Below are positions 1-12,262 of a stretch of DNA of 64,000 nucleotides, one piece after another. The DNA is from Octopus bimaculoides (Eukaryota). The stretch spans positions 157,854,285 to 157,918,284 of the forward strand of contig NC_068981.1 in assembly GCF_001194135.2 (NCBI RefSeq). Reading direction: 5' to 3'. The notes under the pieces were generated by a model, which was given only the letters and a program-made list of their open reading frames with translations, ran no database searches and had not been told where the DNA came from. The translations under genes were made by a program, and so were the position numbers. The stretch's first letter is position 1; every line of letters starts with the position of its first letter.

Positions 1-164
1 ACACACACACATGTAAACGCAGATAAGGATCTGGATATAAGAGTTCTATGCTCCTGTCATTTAATAAATTTAGCTCTTTATTTCCAACGATATTTAGGTG
101 TACTTCTGTTTTCATTACGCATGCAAATTTTCGGCTTATGTGTGTGTGTGTGCGCGCGCGCGCA

Positions 165-200
<36 letters not shown>

Positions 201-260
201 TAACGAAGGCGATTAGACCACCCAATATAAAACCAAAAACGAAAACTTCAGTTGTCATTA

Positions 261-692
261 ATAGTGACTGAGGGCGCAGGATAGCATCAGCATTCCGAGA
301 AAGATAACCGTAAAAGCAGAGGTTTATGCACTTACAGGGGAGATAACTGCCCCACGGTAAGCGAGGTCACTATACTAGCTAGCTAGTTTCACTTAGTTCA
401 TTAGCAGTAACTGCTCGGACGCTGATGGTTAAGCTAAATCCCATCTGTCGTTATATAGTATTTACCATATGAATCAATGGCTGATTCAGCCAAATGGTAA
501 TGTGAAAGTTAAGATAACAAAGGCGGATAGACGGAGTAGTCACTACTGAAATCTAAGCGAAATTAGCTAGCTAGTATTGTGGCATAGCTGGCTGTGGGGC
601 GGTGTATAGACGTGTGCTTTTTTGCGACTACAAGGGTCTTTGACTCTTGTTTCTAGCAATGTAGGGTGCTACCCAGCACCCTCAGTCACTAT
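261..692. mobile_element. Palindromic MITE-like element with ~30-bp TIRs and TA flanks
   Basis: ATAGTGACTGAGGGCGCAGGATAGCATC from 261 is the near reverse complement of GGTGCTACCCAGCACCCTCAGTCACTAT ending at 692. TA at 259-260 and 693-694. Internal arms 373-396/553-576 are also complementary, with a central hairpin near 462-500. Confidence 0.75.
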
Positions 693-730
693 TAGGGACA
701 ATTGATTACCTACCTATCTATCAATCGTTC

Positions 731-812
<82 letters not shown>

Positions 813-893
813 AACACATAATTAAATATAATACATATGTATGTATATATATAATATACATGTACATATAATACATATGTATGTACATATATA

Positions 894-1308
894 GGTAGGA
901 GTGGCTGTGTAGTAAGTCGCTTGCTTACCAACCACACGGTCCCGGGTTCAGTCCCACTGCGTGGCATCTTGGGCAAGTGTCTTCTACTATAGGCTCGAGC
1001 CGAGCAAAGCCTTGTGAGTGGATTTGGTAGACGGAAACTGAAAGAAGCCCGTCGTATATATGTATTTGTATATATATGTGTGTGTATGTGTGTATGTGTT
1101 TGTGTGTCTGTGTTTGTTCCCCCAACATCGCTTGACAACCGATGCTGGTGTGTTTATGTCCCCGTAACTTAGCGGTTCGGCAAAAAGAGACTGATAGAAT
1201 ACGTACTAGGCTTCGGAAGAATAAGTCCTGGGGTCGATTTGCTCGACTAAAGGCGGTGCTCCAGCACGGCCACAGTCAAAAGACTGAAGCAAGTAAAAGA
1301 GTAAAGAG
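894..1308 (+). mobile_element. tRNA-derived SINE, family A (octopus-type), full length with internal microsatellite
   Basis: Head GGAGTGGCTGTGT.GTAAG..GCTTGCTTACCAACCAC..GGT.CCGGGTTCAGTCCCACTGCG and tail CAAGTAAAAGAGTAAA. Near-identical copies at 27884, 44142 and 54034. Confidence 0.85.
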
Positions 1309-1669
1309 TATATATATATGTATATAATCCAAGAGAGTTAGGGGTTGAGGATTCAACCCACTAAGGGATAGTATCTATCCAATATACTGCCGGGAGGGTA
1401 CCCAATTATTGTTACACTAGTGTTATACCAAGTGCAATAAGTGGGTGCGGGTAAAAGGGGGTTATTTTACCCTAAATTTATACAGCAATGAGAAAATGGA
1501 GAATATGCTGTACCCATCGACTTGCAGACAATGTATTCCGTTGATTAATCTGTTTATTATATGACTAAATTGAAAAAAACACAATATACAGACACTTATG
1601 ACATACCATGTCATATTAACAATTAAGATTTCAAATATAAAGGACATTTAGCAATTGGAGAAGGGACAG

Positions 1670-1804
1670 AAACTTACAGCTGTTTCGTCCTAGCGTTGGC
1701 ATGCCTCATTCTATCTCTATAGCTCCTGCACGCCGGAGTAATTAGTAGATGAAAATGATGTAATGGGGGCACATGCATGATTCACTAGGCCTCTTCAGAG
1801 ATTT
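1670..1804 (-). ncRNA. Type I hammerhead ribozyme with very long (105 nt) stem II
   Basis: Minus strand reads AAATCT-CTGAAGA-GGCCTAGTG...CGCTAGGAC-GAAA-C AGCT G-TA-AGTTT: both core boxes, palindromic stem III loop and a GUA cleavage triplet. Confidence 0.7.
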
Positions 1805-3254
1805 ACAAAATTCAATACAAATATAAAATAAGAATAAAGAAAAAAATGAAAATATAAAAATATAGGGCACATAAAAAAGCCTACAAACAGTATATAAAAC
1901 CATAAAGTCAGCTATAAAAACTCTGATATACATGCCTATGCATGTATACATAACCATACGTAGATATATATGGATACAAAAGCATAGATAGATGACTCCA
2001 TATGTGTGTCCAGGTGCACATTCACAGATGGCTGCACATGCACACCAAAATAGTCAAGTCACCGTCACCCGGTCGGTTTGGATAATGTGGCTATAAAACC
2101 TGCTCTGTGTAAGTGTTCGACTTGTTTGGGCACGCTTACGTTAAAAAACAATTTTAGAATGACTTTTTTCTGTCAAAACGCTAAAAATAACTGACCATAA
2201 ACAAACCAGCCAAGATTAAACCAAATCCAAAAAATAAACCCAAATACTAAGCGAACAAAAATGAACCATCCCACTTCCATTGCGTGACACATGCACGCAC
2301 ACACACACAAACACACAGAGGCACACATATACACGCACACACATTTACATACCCCCCCCCTTTTACATACACACACATATATTCCCACAGAATTGAAACG
2401 CTGTTTGGTTTATTTTTTCAGCGTATATTTTTCATCATCCCACTATCAAGTATGACGTCACCCCTTCATTCCTTATTCATCTATCACCCCTTCCTTTCTC
2501 ATTCATAAACACAAGAGTATTATCATTGTAGATTATCTCGGTAACCATGAGAGATATGAAAAGATACAAAGCCCAGCATCCCCACCATCATTCTACACAT
2601 CTGTGTAATTTTTCGCACAGTTCCAACCAGCCGTGAATCCCAAGACAAGAATGAATCGTCCATGTCAAATTTACATGTATAGATTTAACCAAATTCTGAT
2701 ACCTCAAGAATTAAATATCACGGATATATTTAAACGGGAACAAAATAATGTCGACACTATTTGGACTCTGGCTGATGCAGCTTCAATTTCTTACTAACCT
2801 GGCAATTTTGCAGAAAGGCGGAGTGCCTGCAAGTTTATAGAAAATAGGCGTATAAAGAGATAATTATTGAGATGCAATAATGCTGCTGACTGTTTTTCGA
2901 TTCAGTTTTTCTTCCATAATATAAATCTCAACAGATTAGTTTACTGGCAACTCTCGTAGACTCCTACATCTGAAATTATTTAATTACGCGTGTGTGTGTG
3001 TGTGTGCGCGCGCGCCTATGTGGGCGTGTATGTGTATGTTGTATGTATGTATGTCTAACAGTGGAAAGGAAGGCGAATCACTTACTCTAAAATGGCAGAA
3101 AACGAGTAGTGCAGTTTATGACATGATTGTGCAGTTGATTCGAAGGAAGAGAACTCTGAGTGCTCCACCTACAAGAAATTCTGAGGCAGATACAAAAGTA
3201 AGAAGAACGAAGTTTGCTTTCAGTGTGACCTTTGTGATAATATATACCCTAAGC

Positions 3255-3474
3255 AAGGCGGCGAGCTAGCAGAAACGTTAGCACGCTGGGTAAAATGCTT
3301 AGCGGTATTTCGTCTGTCTTTACGTTCTGAATTCAAATTCCACCGAGGTCAACTTTGCCTTTGATCCTTTCGGGGTCGATAAGTTAAGTATCAGTTGCGT
3401 ACTGGGGTCGATCTAACCAACTGGACCCCTCCCCAAAAGTTTCGGGCCTTGTGCCTAGAGTAGAAAAGAATATT
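3255..3474 (+). mobile_element. tRNA-derived SINE, family B, full length with 10-bp TSD
   Basis: Head GGCGGCGAGCTAGCAGAAACGTTAGCACG, end GTGCCTAGAGTAGAAAAGAAT. TACCCTAAGC at 3245-3254 and 3475-3484. About ten related copies in the window. Confidence 0.85.
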
Positions 3475-4238
3475 TACCCTAAGCGTATTCTAAGGGAAAC
3501 AGATATTAGCCAAGAGTTCTACGAGAAGTGTAAAGCTTAATCTGGACTCTGAGTGTCGAATGGAAGACCTTATTGTGATTGATTTAACCTTCAAAGCTTT
3601 TGTAAACATAGTTGTTGCTTTTTATTTTTTATTTTGATGAAAATTGAGTCTATTTAACTCCAGATACCTTTCATATATTTCTTTACTGATTTCTTTCAAC
3701 ATTCACCCACAGTTTGTCATATTCTTATCCAAATACTACTCTGCGTTTTGCTCCATTTGTGGATGGTCCATTATGCCCCACCAAATAGTAAAATTTGTAT
3801 GTATGTATATATATATATATATATGCGCATACACTCACAAGTACGCACATACACCTACATTTGTCGTTCTCTCTCTACATATATAACTAACTATACATAC
3901 ATGCATGCGTTCTCTATGTTTGTCTTTTTCTTTAACTGAACATCAGCCCAACTCTTCATACCTCTCAACCTCAACAACTCAAGACAGAATAGACGAAATC
4001 TTATCTCTCCCCTTCATTCCTCTGACTATTATTTTCTTAACCTTTTCTCAGAAGGAGAGTCTCCCATTTCGAGTTTCACTGTTTCTGCTCCTTACATTTA
4101 TATTGTCATCCTATAAAGAATGCGGTTTTTTCAATTACATAAACTAAAAGTCGGAGTGGAACGGGATAAACTATCTACATCAACTTGCTATAAAAGCAGG
4201 TAGTAATTTTACCTTGTACTTATTCTTAGTGCAAGTTT

Positions 4239-5901
4239 GTCGTCTGGTGAGTTTATTTGAAGTTTGATTGTTGGTTGAAGTTGCTGTTATTTGAATTATT
4301 GTTGTTTTGTGCTGTTTTAGCAGCGGTTTCAAGTTGTGCTTTCTCTCGATAAAGTCGAGAGATAGCCATGGCTAAAAGTTATTTTTATTCGGACCTTAGT
4401 GGTTCCGAATTGTCCTCTTCGTAGGAGGAAATGTTTATCGCAGTCGAAAAGATGGATGAATTACTGAAAAAGAAGAGCTTCGCTGAAGCGGCAGAAGTAA
4501 AGAAGAAAGAGGTGAACCTGGCAAATATCAAAAGAGACGAAAAATGGCATGCAAAGTGGGTGGTGACGTTTGGCTGTCACCACTCCAGAAGAAAATAGAA
4601 GAAATTAATAGAAAGACCGTAATATACAAAGTCTACTCGGTATCTACTCGGTACAGAAAAAAAAATCGAACACATGGAAGAAGGAATTTTAGAAAAGGCA
4701 TTATGTTCAGTCTGGCCAGATATTACGTACCTGGCCAGAGGGAATAAGTACAGAACTATCATAGTCCACAACAGAACAGAAGAAAAAGCAAGAGAAAACG
4801 CGGTAAAAACAATAAAGACGGATAAGGTGGTCCTCCTACCAACTTATATGGGGAGAAAGACGTCAAAGATAAAGGTGGAGGGAATTCCACCGGAAATTGA
4901 TGTGGCTTGGAACGTGGCAGCTGTTCTCCTGCGAAGTGGAGAAGAAGTAACCGTCCTCCAAGCCACAAAAACGGACGGCTCGGTTTGGAGAGGTCAAATG
5001 TTGGAACTAATCGTACAGGCAGAAGGTGAGACACTAGAAAATTTTGCAGAAACGGTATGGATAGGAGACCTGAGGTTGAAAGTGTGGGAGGAGGGAAGGA
5101 CTCCACGCTGTTTTAAATGTGGCCAAAAAGGCCACATTAGAGCACACTGCCCTCAGCAGAAGCAGGCAGAAGAAAGGAAATTGGAAAAGATGCAAGAAGT
5201 GGAAAAAGAAAAAAGGAAGAAAGAGAAGACGAATGGAAGATTGCTGAAGGAAAAAGGAAGAGAAAAAAGGAGCAGTATATTGTGGAACCCCAAGCCTTAC
5301 CCACCCCACCCGTACTCTCTGTGACCTACACCTCCCTATAGACACCGAACCCTCCCTTCCCCTTCCTAAACTAACAAAAAAGAAAAAGGAATCACATGCG
5401 CAACAAAGAACAAAGTGTCCCACTCCCCATGAAGTGAATTACGTTTATATATTGACAAACTAAGAAAAGACGGAACTAATTCAAAAAGTAACAAGCTGGA
5501 AAACAGCTAGATTTGTGAACACTGAAAAATATCATGAAACACTAGGGTGGCACATGTGTGTTCTGATCTCAGAAGTACAAATGGAGGAAATCAAAAAGTA
5601 TAAAAAGGGAGTGAAAATGTGGAAAATACACGAAGACATAAGAAAGTTACCGGACAATATTGAATGTGAGGCTCTGCTGGAAAAATATTGAATCGACATG
5701 AAGAAATGACTCCAAAGGGGTAAGTGATGTTGCTTGTAGTGGGACAGGCAGCTCATTTCCATTTTTTCATTTCATTTTTCATTTCATATTATCATTCTAT
5801 AATTTTATTTGTAATTCTGTTTTAAGTTTTGTGTTATATGTCCCCACATGCCTTTATGTTGTCTCATCTATATTGGCCCCTTGTGGGCAAAAAAAAAATC
5901 C
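4239..5901 (+). mobile_element. ORF1-only non-LTR retroposon (L1/Tx1-like, HAL1-like architecture) with A-tail and 21-bp TSD
   Basis: ACTTATTCTTAGTGCAAGTTT at 4218-4238 and 5902-5922. A10 run at 5889-5898. Contains a 5' UTR, one gag-like ORF and ~200 bp of 3' UTR; no RT or endonuclease sequence. Confidence 0.8.
4368..5691 (+). pseudogene. Disrupted LINE ORF1/gag-like protein with CCHC zinc knuckle
   Basis: ATG at 4368 (MAKSYFYSDL). The 216-aa piece 4674-5324 contains CFKCGQKGHIRAHC. Coding-like sequence continues to TGA at 5689-5691 through several stops and frameshifts. Confidence 0.75.
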
Positions 5902-5922
5902 ACTTATTCTTAGTGCAAGTTT

Positions 5923-6590
5923 TGAAGAGCGCTGGTCGATTTTAGCAGTTATTTTTCAAAGCTGTCACTCATTGCTTTATAAGTTAAATGAAGGCAATAA
6001 CGCAACGGAAAGTGCGAGGAATATTAATGCAGTATATGGGGATCGGACAATAAGCGTAAACCAGTGTCAACGGTGGTTCCAGAAATTCCAAGCTGGAAAC
6101 TACAGCCTAGAAAATGAGCCTCGTCCTGAAATATTTACAGAGCGATGCGAGAACGTTCTGCAAACCCTGGTGGAACAAAATCCCATCGTAACAGTTGAGG
6201 AACTAGCAGAGAAACTTGAATTCGGTCATTCAACCATTCATTGACACCTGTGCTAAAAGAAAAATGACCATCTTTGGTTTCAAGACGAAAGGTGTGCTCC
6301 AGTCAAGAGAATGCACAGCTATATACAGTGGGGATGACATTCCAAAGGCTGGAGCAGTTTGAATGAGAAACGATGCCCCACCCACCATATTCGCCGGACA
6401 TTGCCCCATTTCATTATCATTTATCCTACAGTTTTCAAAATCATTTGGACGGAAAAATATGAATTCTGTAGACGAGGTCAGAACAGTACTGGAGGAGTAA
6501 TTTTCGTCCCGGACATGTGAATTTTAGAGGAAGGGCCTTGCAAGTCTACCAGATAGATGGAAGAGCATTGTAAAAAAGGACTTTGTTTAT
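5923..6590 (+). pseudogene. Mariner transposase remnant (internally deleted)
   Basis: HTH region GNNATESARNINAVYGDRTISVNQCQRWFQKFQAGNYSLENEPRP, and motif PPYSPDIAPFHYHL corresponding to mariner YSPDLAP.DY. Confidence 0.85.
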
Positions 6591-6747
6591 CTTAATTTTG
6601 AAAAATAAAAGAAAATAAGAGTATAAAAAACGCATTATTTATGGGATGACCCAATATATAAAGGAAATTAACGAAAAGAATATATATGAAATAAATTAAA
6701 GAAAAATATATAGAGTAAATTAACGAAAAAAGTCTCTATGATCCTTT

Positions 6748-6967
6748 AATAATCCTTTCTACTATAAGCACAAGGCCCAACATTTTATGGGAAGGGGTAA
6801 GTCGATCACGTCGACCCCAGTACTCAACTGGTACTTATTTTATCGATCCTGAAAGTATGAAAAGCTAAATTGATTTCTGCGGATTTTGAACTCAGAGCGT
6901 AAAGATGAATAACATACTACTAAGCATTTTGCCCGACGTGCTAACGATTTTGCCAGCTCGTCGCCCT
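6748..6967 (-). mobile_element. SINE family B
   Basis: Reverse complement aligns end to end with 3255-3474. Confidence 0.85.
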
Positions 6968-7654
6968 AACTATGATTCCCGTAATAATAGAAGGGAAACT
7001 GGTGCCCCAGTATGACCGCATTACAACGATTGAAGCCAGTAAATGAGTAAAAGAACCACAATTAGCAATAATAGCACATGCAGCAATAAAATATCAACAG
7101 AAAACATGACAAACACTAATGGCAACAAAATGATGGATTACATCAGTTAGAATATGTGAGAGCATGTGTGTGGTCACCTCAAGAGAGAAATAGCAGCCAA
7201 ATCTCCCTAAAATCACATTCACCCTTATTATCTTAAAAATGGAAACGAAGATAGACACTATCAGACTGGATACATATTAAACGCGGGATTGCCACGGTAG
7301 AATGTCTTTGAGCATAGAAATGACGACGACGACGATAAGGTCAGCAGCAGCCAAAACAATATGAGTAAAAACATCAACAACAATAGCAACTGCGTAAAAG
7401 AAATAAAGCAACGAGAAATAGCACAACAACAACGGCTACAACGACAACGATCACAAGAACAACCAGCGTTACTTGAGTAGCAATAACAGAACAAACTAGA
7501 CAGAAATACCAAGTACAAAACTGATGACAACTATGACAACAATATCTGCAGTAACAACAATAATAGTATTTTCAATATACCTCAGCGCCCCACCTTCAGG
7601 GTACTTCACACCTTACCCCAGCTACTTACGGTGATTTGTTCAAATGTCAGCGCG

Positions 7655-7723
<69 letters not shown>

Positions 7724-8115
7724 TGCGGAGGTTATCGGGTAACATTTTCCAAGAAATCCATTCATGTTATACAATGGCATTGAAACTAAAATGCTGGTTC
7801 ACCCAACCTCGGCATCGTGTTCTTACGGGATCAAGTTCAACATGAAAGCCAGTGCATTTCTTTTGAAGATCGTGTTCTACCTTATAGAGAAACTACAACA
7901 GATGGTTCCCGTTAACAGCTCAAATTTCAAATGCTTTCACTTGAAAAATACCTTATCTGATGTACTCTTCACATACTTTTTCCATCACTATCTTTCTCTT
8001 GCCGTCTCACTTTCTTTTATCCCATACAAGTATACTATATCAATTATAGCTTGTTTATTGTTTGTCGACGAATGAAAACAGTACTCAATGCATGATGTAA
8101 AGTAGGGTGATAAAT

Positions 8116-8232
8116 CTCCGTCGTCCAACGATGAAAAGCTCCTGGTTCAATCATCTGAATAACCGGCTCCTAAATTAACGAATAAATGGCTGAGCATTCA
8201 ATTAACACGTTTACCCTTACGTAGTTCTCTTA
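8116..8232 (-). mobile_element. Degenerate SINE-like repeat, family C (3' part)
   Basis: Aligns with 33570-33680 (CTCCGTCG....ACGA.GA.AAG...TGGCTGAG.A.TC.A...ACACGT.TACCCTTA). Confidence 0.5.
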
Positions 8233-8561
8233 ATCAATGCATCACAATATGTAATAAAGCTGTATTTTTGAATTACGGATTCAATCCACCCAACAGGCTT
8301 GTATACAGTTTTCGTCTACCTAATTTCCCTTTCAAGGTATGATTCTACCTAAGTCTACAGAAACTTTTTTTAATGGGTACTAAATAATTAACTGCGTACC
8401 AGTATAAATGTTCGGAAGGGCTCCATCTAAACAATATATTAACTAGTCGAAAGAGAACGTTCTACTTTCAAATAAAAAAAAATTGAAATGTACAACTACC
8501 AACTAGAGATTTTCAAAACTATACTAGGCATCTCAAGGTTACAACAAATTATCCATATAAT

Positions 8562-8611
8562 GCAGAAAAATACGTTACCGGTCAGCCATGGCCGGTAACG
8601 TATTTTTCTGC
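8562..8611. repeat. Perfect 20-bp inverted repeat with 10-nt loop
   Basis: GCAGAAAAATACGTTACCGG (8562-8581) and CCGGTAACGTATTTTTCTGC (8592-8611). Confidence 0.95.
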
Positions 8612-9698
8612 GTCTCAATGCATCTCAATGCTTCTAAAGACAAACTTTGTTTGTTTACTTTCATCGTAAAGTTGAAGTTATAACAAATGTCCAAAGTTCC
8701 GAATAATGGATCGAAACCAGAATCTTGTGGTTGCCTAGCAAACGTCTTAGCCAGTCGGTAATAATGCAACAACGACAAGTGGAACTTAATTAAACTAAAT
8801 TTGTTTTTTGAGACAAGGGTTTTACACGAAAGCCATCGCCTGACAATAGTTGTGACACGAAACATAGCCAGAAAATACTCCAACAATCACGTCTTTATAC
8901 ATACACCCGCATACGAAATTTACTTACATATTTAAGCATTCTCAGAATTTCAGAACAAGTTGGCACGAGGAGAGACTCTCTCTTTGTGTGTGGAAGGAAG
9001 TGCTGGCTGTACCCAAGCTGTGTACAAATCTTCAGCAAATGGTGTGTTTGATGGACAAATGCAAGATGGCTGGAAAACAGGAGATAGAGCGAGGATTTGG
9101 TATGGTGGGTAATTATCGTTGTTATCTTTGTTTTAATGCAAATCGTGTTTGACTGAGTAGACCTGTAATTAAAAGCATTACAAGGACTACATAATGCAAT
9201 GTGCCTTTTCTTTAGTTAAGACACTAGAGCATTATTAAAAGGAAATTTAACTGCTATTGCTAACACATTCCGCAGTCACACAGGGAACCTCTTATTCCTG
9301 CACGGTGATGGGAGAGGATAGACTCACTCTGGGCGATGACAGGAGAAGAGACATGTGAATCAGATCGACCAAGCCACTATAGTAGTGATACAAAAGACAG
9401 AGTAAGGGGATGGCATGTCTGTGGAATGGAAATCAATTTCGGATGCCACTCAGGTGACCAATTTTAGTGGAATGTGGTTGACAATGTCTGTATGTGTTAC
9501 GGCAACACCGTTTAATAGTCCGATTGTAAAAGGAGACGAGCGGGAAAAAATTGTTACCATTGATTTCATAATCTATATTTGCTATTAGTTACTCAACATG
9601 CAAACCATAACAGCCATATCTTCTTCGTATACTATCGCCTTCAAATATATAAAAAAAATTAATTTATCGAAAAAGAAATAATTTTTGTGAGTGTTGTG

Positions 9699-9850
9699 AC
9701 GGCGTGGTAAAATGCTCGCTTTGCAACTACGTGGTTTCAGGATCAATTCCACAATGTGAGCCCAATGGGCAAGCCTGTGGCCATAAACTCTAATCGACCA
9801 ACACCTTTTGAATAACACTTGGTAGAATGAAACTGTGTGCCAGTCCTTCC
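9699..9850 (+). mobile_element. Old, diverged SINE family A 5' half
   Basis: GGCGTGGTAAAATGCTCGCT...GGTTTCAGGATCAATTCCAC...TGGGCAAG...CGACCAACACCTT...TGGTAGAATGAAACTG is colinear with the family A head. Confidence 0.6.
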
Positions 9851-10876
9851 GAAGAACCGTTCCATTTCTAGATGGCAATTTAATCAGTCGGCTTGGTTTC
9901 TCATTTTATTGCAAGCATTCGGGCCTGGTCTCTGATCTCATGTCAACATCTTCCTTTTCTCCCTTAGTCATTCTGATCCTTTCCTTTTCGAGACTTCTCA
10001 TGTAAAGAATTGGAAATGAGATTTTGCTTTGTTACTTTTCCATGGAGCTGATATTGCAAGTTGAGCGATTAATATATTAATAATCATAATTTGAAAGGAA
10101 ATCGTAGATATTATCTGTGATCCGCAGTTCTTGTTTCTCCTTACAACATCATTGGATCAGCAAGAATATTAGTGAGCTAGATCTAATGCCTTACATCAGT
10201 TATGATTTCCAATTTTGCTGGGCACAGCTTTAGCTTTAATCCTCTGAAAGTCAATATAAAAAATAAAATAAAGCAGTTTACTTAAGTTGTTTTAATGAAC
10301 TGTCGCACACCCCTTTTGATGGTGGGCTTGAATGATGACTTGAAGCCAAACTTATAATCATTATTGAAGTGTCTTATACACACAAGACAGGGGAGAGAAA
10401 ATATAAGTGCGAGTTTCAGTTTGTTTCAATGGCTATGTCAGTTAAAATATAGGATATCTGGCATTACTTTAAAGAACGTAATATTATGAAACAGTCAGTT
10501 TAATTTCATTCCCATTCTCCATATTTTGCTCATATCAATGAGGGAAAGGAAAAAATAAAACCAGTTCTAATAACAAGTTAAATTATATTGTCGAAAATGT
10601 AGCTCTCACAAGATATTTTCCCCGCTCAGAAATTTTACATTCATCTCCTATCTTTTTTCAATTTTCTTTTTACAAACTTCTCATTCACGAACCTTTTGAT
10701 GTTGTGCGATGCCAAAAACAGCTTGCTTTCCCCAAAACCTCATTAATAATTTTACACCAGTTGAACATATCTTTTACGTTACAGTCATAATATATTTTTT
10801 CTTTCCATATTTTTCGACGTATTCCTTGTCAACAGCAATAACTCCATAGCGATATGTTTGTTGGAGTATATATCCC

Positions 10877-10918
<42 letters not shown>

Positions 10919-12200
10919 TCTGTTAGTGTATGTCTTTGTGTATGTGTGTGTGTTTGTGAGTGTGCGTGTATTTGTTGTCCTTGTATAGAATATTGTAAGC
11001 TATAGGATATTCTCAACCGCTTACCATTATATCTAGCCATGACATCTAAAATCTCTAAGATTCTACATTAATCTCTCAGATGTTTCCTCTCTCTGTCTCT
11101 CTCTCTCTCTCTCCCTCTCTCCCTCTCTCTCTCTCTATCTATCTATCTACCTATCTATCTATATTTCTCTCTCCCATTCTCTTTCTCTCTCTGTCTCGTT
11201 TACTCAATTTCTCCATTTATCCCCCCTCGTCTTCTCACTCAGTCTCTCTCTCTCTCATTCTCTAACTCAATAACCCACCCCACTCCCTCTCTCTTCCATA
11301 TATTTTAACTCAGTCCTATATTTATGAAATCGGTTGTGCATATGCGTGAAACAGGAGATTGAGGGCAGCTGGCATAAAGGAAGAATGACGTGCTGTAGGT
11401 AGCATTAGAGGGTGTATGTGGCGTATAACAGGAGAAAAGGGAAGGCAGGGTCTTACACTGGTATAAATCGCCAGATTTTCAAGGAATCTGGTGTGTTTAT
11501 TTAAATTGTACAATACTTCAGTTTAGTAAGCAATGAAAATGAAAGGTAAATCTGAAATAGACAGCATTTGAATTTAGAACAAATGGAGGTAACACTAAAT
11601 ATTGTGGAAATCATTTAGTTGAGCGTCCAGACGATTCTGCCACACCACCATCTTAACTTGTTTGGAATACATAAAAAATTTAGATATTTGGAGTTCAGTA
11701 GAAAAATGTTTTGTAGTATTTGTTCCGAAACTCTGCCCATTGATATGATAGAGGATAAAGGATAAAAAGAGACAGCAGTCAATGTCTATTGTTACATTGT
11801 TTTGTATTACGTGAACGCAGATTTTTTTCCCAATTGAACAGTAAGGTGTTGGAAAAGACAACAGATTAATATTTAGATGCACATATGTACATTAAAAAAG
11901 TTATTCTACGGGAATTTGTACAATATTGGTCGCTAAGTTTCTTTCATCAATTAACTAGTGAACTCATAAAGGATATTAGAGTCTTGTAATACTGACAGTA
12001 AGGAATACACTGAGGAGTATATTAGTTTTAATTTATCTGCACAGGTGTATCAACCTGTATATGTGTATGTGCACTTTGCGTGTGTGTATAAAATGCCCGA
12101 TACAATGTTCCATGTATATAAGGATCATTGTATATATGTATATTGCATCTTAATACCCCGAGCCCCAATAGGAACCTGTCTAAGTATTTATAAATACATT

Positions 12201-12262
12201 GGCGTCTGACGAGTTGTCTGTAAGGCTAAACGCCTTATAGAGGCGAAACCATTGGTCACTTC
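12201..12262 (+). ncRNA. Type I hammerhead ribozyme (CUGACGA core)
   Basis: GGCGT-CTGACGA-G TTG TCTGTAAGGC TAAAC GCCTTATAGA GGC-GAAA-CC ATT GG-TC-ACTTC. Stem II has a 10-bp hairpin and the triplet is GUC; stem I is weak (one mismatch, one GU). Confidence 0.65.

Larger units (their letters stand above)
4101..6656 (+). mobile_element. Decayed mariner DNA transposon interrupted by a retroposon
   Basis: Left end TATTG(G)TCATCCTATAAAGAATGCG matches the reverse complement of right end CGCATTATTTATGGGATGACCCAATA; TA on both sides. Transposase remnants lie after 5923. Confidence 0.85.
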
